Assembly (NCBI GenBank): GCA_038087875.1 | Contig: JAXLNO010000705.1 | Span: 1-64,000 of the forward strand | Direction of reading: 5' to 3' | Source: Malacoraja senta | Lineage: Eukaryota | Length of the DNA: 64,000 nucleotides | In this document: positions 48,661 to 61,709 of the stretch, piece by piece | Numbering within the stretch: the first letter of the stretch is position 1 | Layout of the letters: each line of letters begins with the position of its first letter | Program-made: the position numbers and the translations under genes | The notes under the pieces: generated by a model | The model's database searches: none | Told to the model about the DNA's origin: nothing | What the model saw: only the letters and a program-made list of their open reading frames with translations

Positions 48661-48942
48661 TTGTGAACTTATGAATTTATTATTCAGTGCCCTTCCTCAT
48701 ACCACAAAACTAGAATTAAAATAACTTCGTAACTGGTTGGGTGCTCCACATACTGACTTAGAAAAACATTTCACATACCTTTCCTTGCAGAACAACCGTT
48801 GAAACATGGTGAAACAATGCTGAACCCCTGATAAAATTACATTGCGTGCTGTGGTTTTAAAGAATTATAATGGAACTACCTCTGCAGCTATGACGAGAGC
48901 CATAGATATTATTTGCGACAGAGTGATATTAAATAATCTGGT

Positions 48943-49940
48943 GGTGGACAAAAATGCTGGAGAAACTCAGCGGGTGAGGCAGCATCTGGAGTATTGTGTA
49001 CAGTTTTGGTCTCCTAATTTGAGGAAGGACATCCTTGTGATTGAGGCAGTGCAGCGTAGGTTCACGAGATTGATCCCTGGGATGGCGGGACTGTCATATG
49101 AGGAAAGATTGAAGAGACTAGGCTTGTATTCACTGGAGTTTAGAAGGATGGGGGGGGAATTTTATAGAAACATATAAAATTATAAAAGGACTGGACAAGC
49201 TAGATGCAGGAAAAATGTTCCCAATGTTGGGCGAGTCCAGAACTAAGGGCCACAGTCTTAGAATAAATGGGAAGGCCATTTAAGACTGAGGTGAGAAAAA
49301 ACCTTTTCACCCAGAGAGTTGTGATTTTGTGGAATTCCCTGCTACAGAGGGCAGTGAAGGCCAAGTCACTGGATGGATTTAAGAGAGAGTTAGATAGAGC
49401 TCTAGGGGCTAGTGGAATCAAGGGATATGGGGAGAAGGCAGGCACGGGTTATTGATTTGGGACGATCAGACATGATCACAATGAATGGCGGTGCTGGCTC
49501 GAAGGGCCGAATAGCCTCCTCCTGCACCTATTATCTATGTTTCTATGTTTCTATGAGAGAAGGAATAGGCGACGTTTCTGGTCGAGACCCTTCTTCAGAC
49601 TGATGTCGGATGGGGGAGGGGGGGGCGGGAAAAAGAATGGAAGAGGCGGAGACCATAGGCTTGTGGGAGAGCTAGGAAAGGGGGGGAGAAGGAGGGAGGA
49701 AGCAAGGGCTATCTGAAGTTAGAGAAGTCAATGTTCACACCGCTGGGGTGTAAACTACCCAAGCGAAATATGAGGTGCTGCTCCTCCAATTTGCACTGGG
49801 TCTCACTCTGGCAATGGAGGAGGCCCAGGACAGAAAGGTCAGATTGGGAATGGGAGGGGGAGTTGAAGTGCTGGGCCACCGGGAGATCAGGGTTAGTGCG
49901 AACTGAGTGGAGATGTTGGGCGAAGCGATCGCCAAGCCTT
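48943..49940 (-). mobile_element. Penelope-like 3' fragment split by a plus-strand CR1 (~48986-49555)
   Basis: GIY-YIG C-terminal region and pLTR with CTGAAGA...GAAACGTC at 49571-49598. Confidence 0.85.
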
Positions 49941-51016
49941 AAATAAACTCTATGTGCCTCTCATAATTGATAGTCCTTTCAGATTGCAGACTTTCCTCTT
50001 GAAATAACAGTGACTCTGCTTTTAACATTTTGACATTTTACAATTTAAACATTTAACCTATGATGAGTGTTTGACATCACTGGGCCTGTACTCGCTGGAG
50101 TTTAGAAGAATGAGGGGGGACCTCATTGAAACGTACAGAATAGTGCAAGTGCTTGGATAGAGTGGATGTGGAGAGGATGTTTCCACTAGTGGGAGAGTCT
50201 AGGACTAGAGGACACAGCCTCAGAATTAAAGGGCGGACGTTCTTTTCGGAAGGAGATGAGGAGAAATTTCTTAAGCCAGAGGGTGGTGAATCTGTGGAAT
50301 TCTTTGTCACAGACGGCTGTGGAGGCCAAGTCAGTGGATGCTTTTAAGGCAGAGACAGATAGATTTGTTATTAGTGCAGGTGTCAGAGGTGAAAGGGAGA
50401 AGGCAGGAGAATGGGGTTGAGAGGGAAAGATAGATCAGCCATGAATGAATGGCGGAGTAGACTAGCTGTGTCGAATGGCCTAATTCTGCTCAAATCAATT
50501 ATGATTTTATAATCTTATGAAAAGCAACGCAATGATTGCAAAGTGCCTTGGGATGATCGGAGGTCCAGAGAAGAGCCTTAGAAATGCAAGTTGGTTGTTT
50601 GGTAAACAAGTCTCAGCATTGTATCCCGTATCTGAACACTGTAAACGGCTCGATTGTAATCATGCATTGTCTTTCCGCTGACTGGATAGCACGCAACAAA
50701 AGCTCGGGACACGTGACAATAAACTGAACCGAACTATACTGAACCGCGTTCTCGGTGAGTCGAAGGGCCTGTTTCCACACCGCATCTCTAAACTAAACGG
50801 AACTCAGATGGCTACACGGATAAGAACGCTGTACACAATAATCCAGGCGTCGTCTCACAAAGGCCACGGCAGCAACAATAGAAATGAACACACACATAAT
50901 CTTTTAATTGCAAGATATCTCAAGCATTTTCAAACAAAATTAATTGGCGATGAGCCACAAAGGAAATGATGTTCGATAATCTGTAGGGAGAATAGAGGGG
51001 ATGAACTTGTGGAGTG

Positions 51017-51855
51017 TGGCGCAGCGGTAGAGTTGCTGCCTCGCAGCGCCAGAGACCCGGGTTCCATCCTGACCACGGGTGCTCCCTGTACGGAGTTTGC
51101 ACATTCTCCCCGTGACCTGCGTGGGTTCTCTCCTAATTTGAGGAAGGACATCCTTGTGATTGAGGCAGTGCAGCGTAGGTTCACGAGATTGATCCCTGGG
51201 ATGGCGGGACTGTCATATGAGGAAAGATTGAAAAGACTAGGCTTGTATTCACTGGAGTTTAGAAGGATGAGGGGATATCTAATAGAAACATATAAAATTA
51301 TAAAAGGACTGGACAAGCTAGATGCAGGAAAAATGTTCCCAATGTTGGGCGAGTTCAGAACCAGGGGCCACAGTCTTAGAATAAAGGGAAGGTCATTTAA
51401 GAATGAGGTGAGAAAAAACTTTTTCACCCAGAGAGTTGTGAATTTGTGGAATTCCCTGCCACAGAGGGCAGTGGAGGCCAAGTCACTGGATGGATTTAAG
51501 AGAGAGTTAGATAGAGCTCTAGGGGCCAGTGGAGTCAAGGGATATGGGGAGAAGGCAGGCACGGGTTATTGATAGGGGATGATCAGCCATGATCACAATG
51601 AATGGCGGCGCTGGCTCGAAGGGCCGAATGGCCTCCTCCTGCACCTATTTTCTACGTTTCTATGTTTCTATGTTTCTCCGGGTGCTCTAGTTTCCTCCCA
51701 CACTTCAAAGACGTTCAGGTTTGTCGGTTAATCGGCTTCGGTAAAATTGTAAATGATCCCAAGTGTGTGTAGGATGTGTTAGTGTGCGGGGTTGATCGCT
51801 GGTCTGCGTGGACTGGGTGCGGTGAAGGACCTGTTTCCGTGCTGTAGCTCTAAAC
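51017..51855 (+). mobile_element. HE1-like SINE split by a CR1 3' portion (~51128-51672)
   Basis: SINE halves rejoin at TTCTCC; the CR1 RT C-terminus lies between them. Confidence 0.88.
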
Positions 51856-52343
51856 AGAAGCAAAAAAAGACATATGGGTCCAGACGACTGAAGATGTGGC
51901 CAATAATGGTGGCGCGGCTGAAAGAGCCACTGCCTCACGGCGCTGGAGACCCGGGTTCGATCCTGACCTCAGGCGCCGTCTGTGTGTCGAGTCTGCGCAC
52001 TCTCCCTGTGACTGCGTGGGTTTACTCTGGGTGCTCTGGTTTCCTCCCACATCCCGAAGACATACAGGTTTGTAGGTTAATTGGGCCTCTGTAAATTTCC
52101 CCCGTGGGTGCGGGGGCTTTCATCGCCCGGCGCGGCTTAAAATCAAACTGCTGCATCGAGGCGATCGAGGCCCCCGACGGCCGACTTTAAGCCTTGCCAG
52201 ACGAAGAAAGGCCCCGCGAACGGGACGATTGAAGCCCCACGATTCGGGGCGGACGAAGCTGCTGTTGCTGGAGTTCGGAGTCGGTCAACAACCAGGTCAG
52301 CTCCCGATGTTACCGTCCACAGGGCCCACGGCCGAAGCCTCGC

Positions 52344-52385
<42 letters not shown>

Positions 52386-52779
52386 ATGCGCGCGCGGCCA
52401 CCAAGAAATTGTGTCCCCACCCCATGTTTTGACAACGATTTCCACCCCTGTTAGTACGGGTGTCAAGGGTGTGGGAAGGACCTGCAGATGCTGGATTATA
52501 CCAAATACAGATGTAAAATGCTGGAGTCTAAGGAAATTCAGCATGCCTCCAACTACTCTTACCAACCTGTACAGATGCACGGTGGATAGCGAAGGAAGGC
52601 TGGACCGCAGCTTGGTTTGGGAACGGCTCTGCCCAATATTACAAGAAATTGCAGAGAGTTATGGATGGAGTCCAGTTCATCAGCCAGAGCAGACTCCCCA
52701 CCATTGCCTCCGTACACTCTCCACCCCGTGTCCTGTGTTGCCTCCGTACACTCTCCACCCCGTGTCCCTGCACCGTACC

Positions 52780-53555
52780 TTTCCATGTTCCAGGAATAAA
52801 GGCATAGACTATTTTCTAAATGGGGGAAAAATCCAGAAATCGGAGGTGCAGAGGGACTTGGGAGTGCTGGTGCAGGATTCCCCAAAAAAATAATCTGTAG
52901 TCGAATCGGTAGTAAAGAAAGCAAACTCAATGCGAGCATTTATTTCAAGAGGGCTTGTATACAAAAACAGGGATGTAATGCTGAGGCTCTATAAGGCGCT
53001 GGTCAGGTCACATTTGGAGTATTGTGAGCAATTCTGGGCACCGTATCTGAGGAAGGATGTGCTGGCTCTGGAGAGGGTCCAGAGGAGGTTTACAAGAATG
53101 ATCCCAGGAATGAGTGGGTTAACATATGATGAGCGTGTGTCGGCGCTGGGCCCGTACTCGCTGGAGTTTAGAAGGATGAGGGGACACCTCATTGAAACTC
53201 ACTGAACAGTGAAAGGCTTGGATAGAGTGGATGTGGAGAGGACGTTTCCACTAATGGGAGACCATAGGAACAGAGATCATAGACTCAAATTTAAAGGACG
53301 TTCTTTGATGAATTTCTTTAGTCAGAGGGTGGAGAATCTGTGGAATTCTTTGCCACAGACGGCGGTGGAAGCCAAGAAAATTGATATTTGTAAGGCAGAG
53401 ATTGATAGATTCTTGATTAGTACGGGTGGCAGGGGTTATGGGGAGAAGGCTGGAGAATTGGGTGAGGAGGGAGATATAGATTAGCCAAGATTGAATGGCG
53501 GAGTAGACTTGATGGGCCAAATGGCCTAATTCTGCTCGTATCACTGTATGATCTT
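52780..53555 (+). mobile_element. CR1 3' portion
   Basis: ORFs 52930..53205 and 53209..53484. Confidence 0.9.
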
Positions 53556-53569
53556 ATGTTCCATTCCCA

Positions 53570-53950
53570 TTCTGCAAGAAATTGCAGAGTTGTGAACGCA
53601 GCCCAGACCTTTCACAAACCAATATCTCTTCCATTGAGTCTATCTGCATTTCACGCTGCCTCGGCAAGGCCAGCAGAATAATCAAAGACGAGTCGTGCCC
53701 CGGCCACTCCCTCTTCTCCCCATTCCCACCAGAAAACGCTCACCTCCAGATTCAAGGACAGTTTCTTTCCAGCTGTTGTCAGGCAACTGAACCATCCTAT
53801 CACCTACAAGAGTGCGGTCCTGAGCTACCATCTACCTCAATGGAGACTCTCAGACTATCTTTAATTGGACTACTGGACTTTACCTTGCACTAAACGTTAT
53901 TCCCTTTAACCTGGATCTGTACACTGTGGACGGCTCGATTGTAATCATGT
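53570..53950 (+). mobile_element. Rex1-like LINE 3' portion
   Basis: QTNISSIESICISRCLGKAS.IIKD. Confidence 0.8.
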
Positions 53951-53952
53951 AT

Positions 53953-54235
53953 GTGTAGGAAAAAACTGCAGATGCTGGTTTACACCGAAGATAGACACAA
54001 AGTGCTGGAGTAACTCAGCGGGACAGGCAGCATCTCTGGAGAGAAGGAATGGGTGACCCTTCCCAGTTGAAACTTTTCTTCAGACTAATTATATAGTCTT
54101 TGAGTCTGAAGAAGGGTTTCGGCCCAAAACATTGCCTATTTCCTTCGCTCCATAGATGCTGCCTCACCCGTTGAGTTTCTCCAGCATTTTTGTCTACCTT
54201 CAATTTTCCAGCATCTGCAGTTCCTTCTTAAACAT
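53953..54235. mobile_element. Two oppositely oriented Penelope pLTR fragments
   Basis: Minus copy 53953-54086; plus copy 54103-54235. Confidence 0.75.
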
Positions 54236-54252
54236 ATAATCTTTCTGCTGCC

Positions 54253-54503
54253 AACCAGCGATCCCCGCACACTAACACTATCCTACACACACGAGGGACA
54301 ATTTACATTCATACCAAGCCAATTAACCTACAAACCTGTATGTCTTTGGAGTGTGGGAGGAAACCGAAGATCTCGGAGAAAACCCACGCAGGTCACGGGG
54401 GAGAACGTACAAACTCCGTACAGACAGCACCCGTAGTTAGGATTGAACCCGGGTCTCTGGCGCTGTGAGGCAGCAACTCTACCGCTGCGCCACCATGCCA
54501 CCC
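54253..54503 (-). mobile_element. HE1-like SINE
   Basis: A box, B box and core. Confidence 0.88.
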
Positions 54504-55675
54504 CTCTTGGTCAGTCATTCTTGACCAGATGTTGATCGGTTGGTCAGGTGGGCTGAGTAATGGTTGATAATAAATTAATACAAAGAAATATGAGGTGTTG
54601 CGTTTTGGGACGTCTAACAAGGGCAGGACCTACACTGTGAATGGTAGGCCTCTGGGAAGTGTTGTAGAGCAGAGGGATCTCGGATTGCAGATAGATAATT
54701 CCTTGAAGGTGGCATCACAGATAGATGTGGTGGTTAAAATGGCCTTCATCAGTCAGAGCATTGAGTAAAGCAGTCGGGAGGTCATGTTGCAGTTGTAACA
54801 TGATCTATGATCATGGCTGATCATCCCCAATCAGTACCCCTTTCCTGCCTTCTCCCCATATCCCCTGACTCCACTATTTTTAAGAGCCCTATCTAGCTCT
54901 CTCTTGAAAGCATCCAGAGAACCTGCCTCCACCGCCCTCTGAGGCAGAGAATTCCACAGACTCACCACTCTCTGTGAGAAAAAGTGTTTCCTCGTCTCCG
55001 TTCTAAATGGCTTACCCCTTATTCTTAAACTGAGGCCCCTGGTTCTGGACTCCCCCAACATCGGGAACATGTTTCCTGCCTCTAGTGTGTCCAAGCCGCA
55101 CTAGAGTTGGAAAGATATTGGAAAGGGTGCAGAGAAGATTTACAAGGATTTTGCCAGAACTCCCTCGAGAACTATGGGGAGAAGTTGGGCAGGTTGGGAC
55201 TTTATTCCCTGGAGCGCAGGAGGATGAGGGCTCAACTTAGAGACGGTTTGTGAAATTATGAGAGGAATTGATCGTGTCGATGCCCAGAGTCCCTTGCCCA
55301 GAGTGGGAAAATCGAGAACCAGAGGGTTAAAGGTGAGGCGGTAAAGATCTGGAACCTGAGGGGTAACTCTTTCATACGAAGGTTGGTGGGTTTATGGAAC
55401 GAGCTGTTAGTTGAGGCAGGGATTATCACAATGTTTTAGAATCAATTAGACAGGTACATGGATAGGACAGGTTGAGGGGGATATGGGCCAAACGCAGGCA
55501 GGTGGGATAGTGTAGCTGGGACATGTTGGCCAGTGTGGGCAAGTTGGGCTGTTGGGCCTGTTTCCATGCTGTATCATTCTATGATTCTATGACTGTGCCT
55601 CAGTGCACATGAGAATATTACATTAATCTAAACCTTCCCATAGCCTGGCTTTGGAGGCAGAGTTACTGCTAACTT

Positions 55676-56197
55676 GGGCGGCATGGTGGCGCAGAGGTAG
55701 AGCTGCTGCCTTATAGCGCCAGAGACCAGAGTTCGATCCTGACTACGGGTGCTGTCTGTACAGAGTTTGTATTTCTCCCCATGACCTGCGTGGGTTTTCT
55801 CTGAGATCTTCGGTTTCCTCCCACACTCCAAAGACGTACAGGTTCAGTGCAGTTCAGTTCAGTTTATTGTCACGTGTACTGAGGTACAGTGAAAAGCTTT
55901 TGTTGCGTGCTATCCAGTCAGCAGAAAGACAATACATGATTACAATCGAGCCATTAACAGTGTACAGATACATGATAAGGGAATAATGTTTAGTGCAAGG
56001 TAAAGCCAGCAAAGTCCGATCAAGGATAGTCCGAGGGTCACCGATGGGTTTGCAGGTTAATTGGTATAAATGTATAAAAGTACCGCTAGTGTGTGTGGGA
56101 TAGTGTCCGTGTGCGGGGATCGCTGGTCGGCACGGCCTCGGTGGGCCGAAGGGCCTGTTTCCGTGCTGTATCTCTAGACGAATCTAAACTAAACTAA
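55676..56197 (+). mobile_element. HE1-like SINE split by a Rex1-like 3'UTR (~55843-56045, minus)
   Basis: SINE halves are collinear. Confidence 0.8.
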
Positions 56198-56594
56198 GGT
56201 TCAGGTCTGAGCATTGTTGCATTCCCTCGCTGTGAGTCACGGAGAGAGCTGGAGGCTTGGATGGCACTGTCAGTTACAATTCCCAGCAACTCTGGGCTCA
56301 GACCAACAGCTTCAGGCCATTGGAACGGCTGCCAAGCCTCACAAACCTTCCTCATCTTGTGGGAAACTGAAAAAATAAAAAATAAATCATTTTTTAGTTT
56401 TGTTTATCACAAAATAAACCGCGTTCTCGTTCCCACAGTGGACAGGCATTCCTGTCTACGTCCCCCCCACCAAGAGTTTGAATGCGAGGCAGGTGATGAA
56501 GAATAGCGTGAGCATCTTTCCGTGTGGCACTGCTGGATGGAACTTTTCTCATTTACCTTCATTTTTCAATGGACATCACTCTGTTTGGCATGGA

Positions 56595-56985
56595 AGACAA
56601 TAGACAATAGACAATAGGTGCAGGAGTAGAGGCCATTCAACCCTTCGAGCCACCACCGCCATTCAATGTGATCATGGCTGGTCATCCACAATCAGTACAC
56701 CGTTCCTGCCTTCTCCCCATATCCCCTGACTCCACTATCTTCAAGAGCCCTATCTAGCTCTCTCTTGAAAGTATCCAGAGAACCGGCCTCCACCGCCCTC
56801 TGAGGCAGAGAATTCCACAGACTCACAACTCTCTGTGCGAAAAAGTGTTTCCTCGTCTCCGTTCTAAATGGCTTACCCCTTATTCTTAAACTGTGGCCCC
56901 TGGTTCTGGACTCCCCCTACATCAGGAACATGTTTCCTGCCTCTAGCGTGTCCAAACCCTTAATAATCTTATATGTTTCAATAAG
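56595..56985 (-). mobile_element. CR1 3' fragment
   Basis: (CTATTGT)n tail and RT C-terminus. Confidence 0.9.
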
Positions 56986-58189
56986 GGGTTTCGATGTTTC
57001 GAAGCAGGCCTTTCGGCCCACCGAGTCCGCGCCGACCAGCGATCACGCATTCACGCTAGTTCCGTGTTATCCCAGTTTTGCATCCATTCCCTGCACGTGA
57101 GGGGCAAGTTACAGAGGGCCAATTAAACCTACAAACCTAGACACAACGTGCTGGGGCAACCCGGCGGGTCAGGCAGCATTGCTGGAGAACATGGATAGGT
57201 GACGTTTCATCGCGTAACCTACAAACCTGCACGCCTTCGGAGTGTGGGAGGAAACCGGAGCACCCGGAAAAAGCCCACCGTGAGAACGTACAAACTCCGT
57301 AAAGAACAGCAGTCTCTGTGGGCCAAAGGGCCTGTTCACACATGTTCACAAGTTCCCAAGTTATAGGAGTAGAATTAGGCCATTCGGCCCATCGAGTCTA
57401 CCACGTCATTCAACGACGGCTGATCTCCGCCTCGTAATCCCATTCTCCTGCCTTCTCCCCATAACCCTCGACACCCGTTCTAATCAAGAATTTGTCTATC
57501 TCTGCCTTAAAAATACAGTATCAAATGCATTGGCCTCCACAGCCCTCTGTGGATATGAGTTCCACAGATTAACTACCCTCTGACGAAAGAAGTTCCTCCT
57601 CACCTCCTTTCTAAAAGAGCGCACTTTAATAGTAAGATTAAACGAGAACTTACCAAGTTTGAAGTTTGATCTTTATTTTATGAAGAGTTACGTTGGTGAT
57701 TACGTGAAGAAGACCCGTCAGGGCGCATGCGCGTCAATCTTCAAAGCAGCGGTATGAAATCACAGATAACACAATATTTGAAGTAACATATTAAGATGAG
57801 CAACATGAGAACTACCATATGACCTTTTTTATGAGAGAGGGTCGGGCGTGGCGGGCACGTAATCACCAACGTAACTCCTCATAAAATAAAGATCAAACTT
57901 CAAACTTGGTAAGTTCTCGTTTAATCTTACTATTTTACTTCGGAGTCACGTTTGTGACTACGTGAAGGGTTCAAAGCTCTGTGATTTTATGCCGCAGATC
58001 GAAATCCCGGCTTCTCACTGCATTGATTGACTTTCGATGAGAAACAATCAATAATGCGTTAAACATGAAATGTGAATATCATGCAGTAACAATTGATTTG
58101 AATAATCAAAACAACCAGTAACCCCTCTATCCCAGGGGAAACTAAACAGGACTTAATCCTGAATTTGCAAACAGCCTTTCTCTGATCGG

Positions 58190-59030
58190 CGATCGGCCGA
58201 TGGTCAAATTAAAAAAAAAATTAAAAAATCATTTCACCACCCGGCACCTATAAAAATATGGCCGCTGTGAACATCCATCGCCCTAGCCGACGACGTTGCT
58301 GCTGCACTAGTGGAAAAAAGGATATATACACTTCAGTGTTAATACCTGCCTTAATCAACATTTGCTTTAAACCACCTTGAGATAGTCTGCACTAACACTC
58401 TCCTGTGTGGCTTCATGTAACTGATAAACAATGCTGTTTCCACATTTCTTAAGGTCTTTATAGCTTCAATATAATGAAAATAAATGTGCCATCACACATA
58501 AACATGGATCAGTAGGTTATGCTGAAACACAATTTTCACAAACCTGTGACACCTGGCCTGCTCTGCTTAAGCAGTAAACAATTATATAACATAACATTCT
58601 CTTCAGCAACTTCCATCCTGTCTAGCAGAAGTTTTTGCAAAATCTGCACTTGCTATGCTGAACCAATGCCAAGAGGATAAACACTTTCATGATTAGTCTG
58701 GCAAATTCAGAGACATGACAGGAACCTACTGTCGAAGAATCTTGAGGACCACACTTACATCCCAGATCGCCATATAACTGGGTTTAGGAAGTTTAGAGTT
58801 GAAATTCCTTTCATCAATCCAGCTATGATATGATAAAACTCAATAGGATCTTTCCTGACCCCATCAAAACCATACGATGACAACGCACTTAAAGCTGTAT
58901 TAATGGTGCTATAACTGAGCCCCTCATCATCGTAGAGTGTCAACATGAACTCTAAAATATCCACAATACCTGCAGTACTATAGTCAATATTATTTTGTAC
59001 ACAATATTGCTCCCATTTTTTTACATACAG
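58190..59030 (-). pseudogene. DIRS tyrosine recombinase (disrupted)
   Basis: GLSYSTINTALSALSS, GLMKGI, IWDV, LLKQSRPG, LFISYMKPH...TISRWFK, AGIN...TSAAATS. Confidence 0.88.
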
Positions 59031-59139
59031 ATTACATTTGTTAGAGCAATAAGCCTCTTTATAGTTAATTGCCCATGTCTGCAGAAACGATGCCTCTTGC
59101 TCAGTCCATCTGCCTCCACAGCTGAAACTCGTATCCGTG

Positions 59140-60050
59140 ACACCTCACCCGAGTGCACTGACATCCATCTGTAAAATCATGGAAGGCTGGTCAAGCATTA
59201 CCTTGCTATAACTTCTGGACACATGGTGAATCCACCATTGCAAATCAGAAATAGCCTTTACTGATAACTGCATAGGTCTATTATAATGACCTGAATGTAT
59301 CCTTAATGCCTCAATTAGCTTGATACACCTGTCAATTAGCTCTACCCTTTTTTCCCTGGGCAGAGTCACTTAATTGAATCAATTGTGACCCAAATAGTCA
59401 GGTGTTAATTTGGATTCCTCTGGTTGGCTAATGCCCAATCTTTGAAAATTGGATTTAACAACTATCACCTGTTACTTCAGCTGTTCTCTTGGATACCCCT
59501 GTAATCAAGATATCATCGAGATAAGCCATGAACACCTGTACACTGGCCTTTCAGCATGCCTATTATAGGTTTTAACAATTTTGTTGCCATAGTTGATCCA
59601 TCCAGATGAATTTCAAATATCCTGCAAATAAACAGACATTGAGTAATGCGCATCTTTAAGCTCTAGAGTCGCCATATAGCATCCTCTTGCCCAGTTGCTT
59701 GGCAGTGACAATTCCATCTTACAATGTCTATACTACATCCCCCATCCTTTTTTGGCCAGGGAAAATATTAGACACAAATTGATGGGTTGGTGAACCAACT
59801 TATAATTACACCTTTATCACATAAGCTTGCAAGCGCAGTCTGAACATCCATCTGTTCTGTTAATGAAAACTGAATAGTTCTACCAAGAACATGCTGAATG
59901 TGCAAATCACAATTTGGATTGAAATCCATTCGAAACCTTTGAATAACACTCTGTATAAACAGAGCTAAGGTAATTTGCTTCCATTCATCCCAGAAACAGA
60001 TGTAATGTACCCCAGTTTAAGTTGTGTCACATTTGATATGTGCACCTGAG
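59140..60050 (-). pseudogene. DIRS reverse transcriptase / RNase H (disrupted, internally deleted)
   Basis: FVSNIF, LKDA.Y, YLDD, SDLQWW, MDVSALG (degenerate TDAS..GW). Confidence 0.85.
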
Positions 60051-60059
60051 AACCAGGCC

Positions 60060-61293
60060 CGCCTACCTCCTTGGTACCTGGTGGATGTTTGACCATGTTC
60101 CCACTTCATTTGTAGGGGTACTTTCTTTTGGAAACTTGCCGACTGCCGGTGGCTTGATCAAGCCCACCGTCATTGCCTCGCCGTCCATGTCCTTCACACT
60201 CTTGGCGAGGTCCTCTCTGAAGAGTAGGTTTGCCGGCTGTATGTTGCTCGGCTGGGAAAAATACTGCAATCTTGGAATTAATGGTGGGCCGAATGGCACT
60301 TTCCCTGAGACAATTTATCTCAAAAATGGGTGCTACAAAGCAACCCTAGTACCTCTTGCTATGTCTCCGACACATGCCCTCCATCCACCGTTCTCGCGAA
60401 CGCCATGATTCCTGAGCCAAGTAATTTCAGGATTCTCTGCAGCTTCATCTCCTGGGCACTGCACGCCCACGCCCGTCTGGCTCCATATCACCCGGTTCAC
60501 TGCTGGCACCTTCAGCAACTCGCAGTTACCCCGTCTCTTGGTGATTCCAGACTCTGACTGGACAGCGAATCGTACTGCCAGAGATGGGAACTCTGACAAT
60601 GGCCATCTTCGCTTTCCCAGTGGCATTCCATACTCTGACGGGACAGCGAATCATGCTGCCAGAGAATGGACCTCTGACAACGGCCGTTCTTCGCTATTCA
60701 ACAAAGTCTCCGTCAGAATCGGGTCAGAACTGAGCTGACCCTATCGTGGAGGCCAGCTCTTCTCCCAGTGGCACTCCATACTCTGACTGGACAGCGAATC
60801 GTGCTGCCAGAGATTGGACCTCTGACAACGGCCATTCTTCGCTATTTCCAAGTCTCAGTCAGAGTCGGGGTCAGACCTTAGCTGACCCTCTGCACTCACC
60901 TCATGCATGAGGGTGCTTTAAGCAGCCCTCTACCAGGTGCTGCCGGCGTGGCCTTTCTGCAGCCTACCGCCCACACGACTCCTCCCCAGAGTGTGCGTTT
61001 CTGGAGCAACCTCTGGATGAGGTGCTCCTTTTGGGAGAACCGTTTAAAAAACGTCTCCAGCCCTGTACAGGCTCGTTGTGGCCCGACTCAGTTGAGTCCA
61101 AGGGCCTCCCAGACTTCCCCTTGCCTTACGCCCGACAGGCGTTGGCTTTGGTGCTTTTTAGCACTGAGTCTGAAGTCGCCCCGCTCCCGGTCGGCGACTG
61201 TGCAGGTGTACGAGGCAGCCGCTGACAGACCGCATTCCCGCGGCTCTCCTATGCTTTACCTGCGGCTGCCCTCCCCCTGGTCGTCTTCATCAT
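60060..61293 (-). pseudogene. DIRS ORF1/gag-like (disrupted) with internal tandem repeats at 60551-60890
   Basis: LLKVPAVNRVIW and LLFREDLAKSVKD; position upstream of RT. Confidence 0.6.
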
Positions 61294-61709
61294 GGTGCTA
61301 CCTGTAATAAAAAACACAGTCCACCACAAAATAAACGTTTCCCTCGAGCTAAGCTTCCCACTTAGCTGGAGCTTTAAAACTATAAAAGTACTTTAAAAGT
61401 ACTTACCACAGTGGGAGCTCTGTCCTCCCCTGCTCATCTTCACCATGGTGCTGCCTGTGACAAAACACAGAGCACAGCACCACAGTCAAGGAACTTATTT
61501 TACTCCAGCAAAATTTCTGACAAGTTTCAGACTTAGCTGGAGCTTTAATACTCTTTAAAAATACCCTAAAAGTACTTACAGCGAGAGGAGCTCTGTCCTC
61601 CCGCTGCCTGTGCGCCAATGCGACCGACGTAATGACACGCATGCGCCCTGACGGGTCTTCTTCACGTAGTCACAAACGTAACTCCGAAGTAAAATTCTGA
61701 GGCTGATAG

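Larger units (their letters stand above)
57628..61695 (-). mobile_element. DIRS1-like tyrosine-recombinase retrotransposon, structurally complete but coding-dead
   Basis: 52-bp ITRs 57685-57736 / 61633-61684; ICR 57856-57967; YR, RT (MAYLDDILI at ~59505-59530), RNase H start and gag-like remnants; inserted in a CR1 fragment. Confidence 0.95.

Noticed and set aside
51009..51572. 187-aa ORF as a novel gene
   Set aside because: Chance in-frame fusion of a SINE head with an inserted CR1 RT C-terminus.
53953..54235. Second fold-back palindrome
   Set aside because: The arms are from different pLTR subfamilies, and the plus copy has its own apparent TSD, so these are two separate insertions.
57628..57934. 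79-bp inverted repeat as an independent MITE or miRNA hairpin
   Set aside because: Fully explained as the DIRS terminal extension pairing with its ICR.
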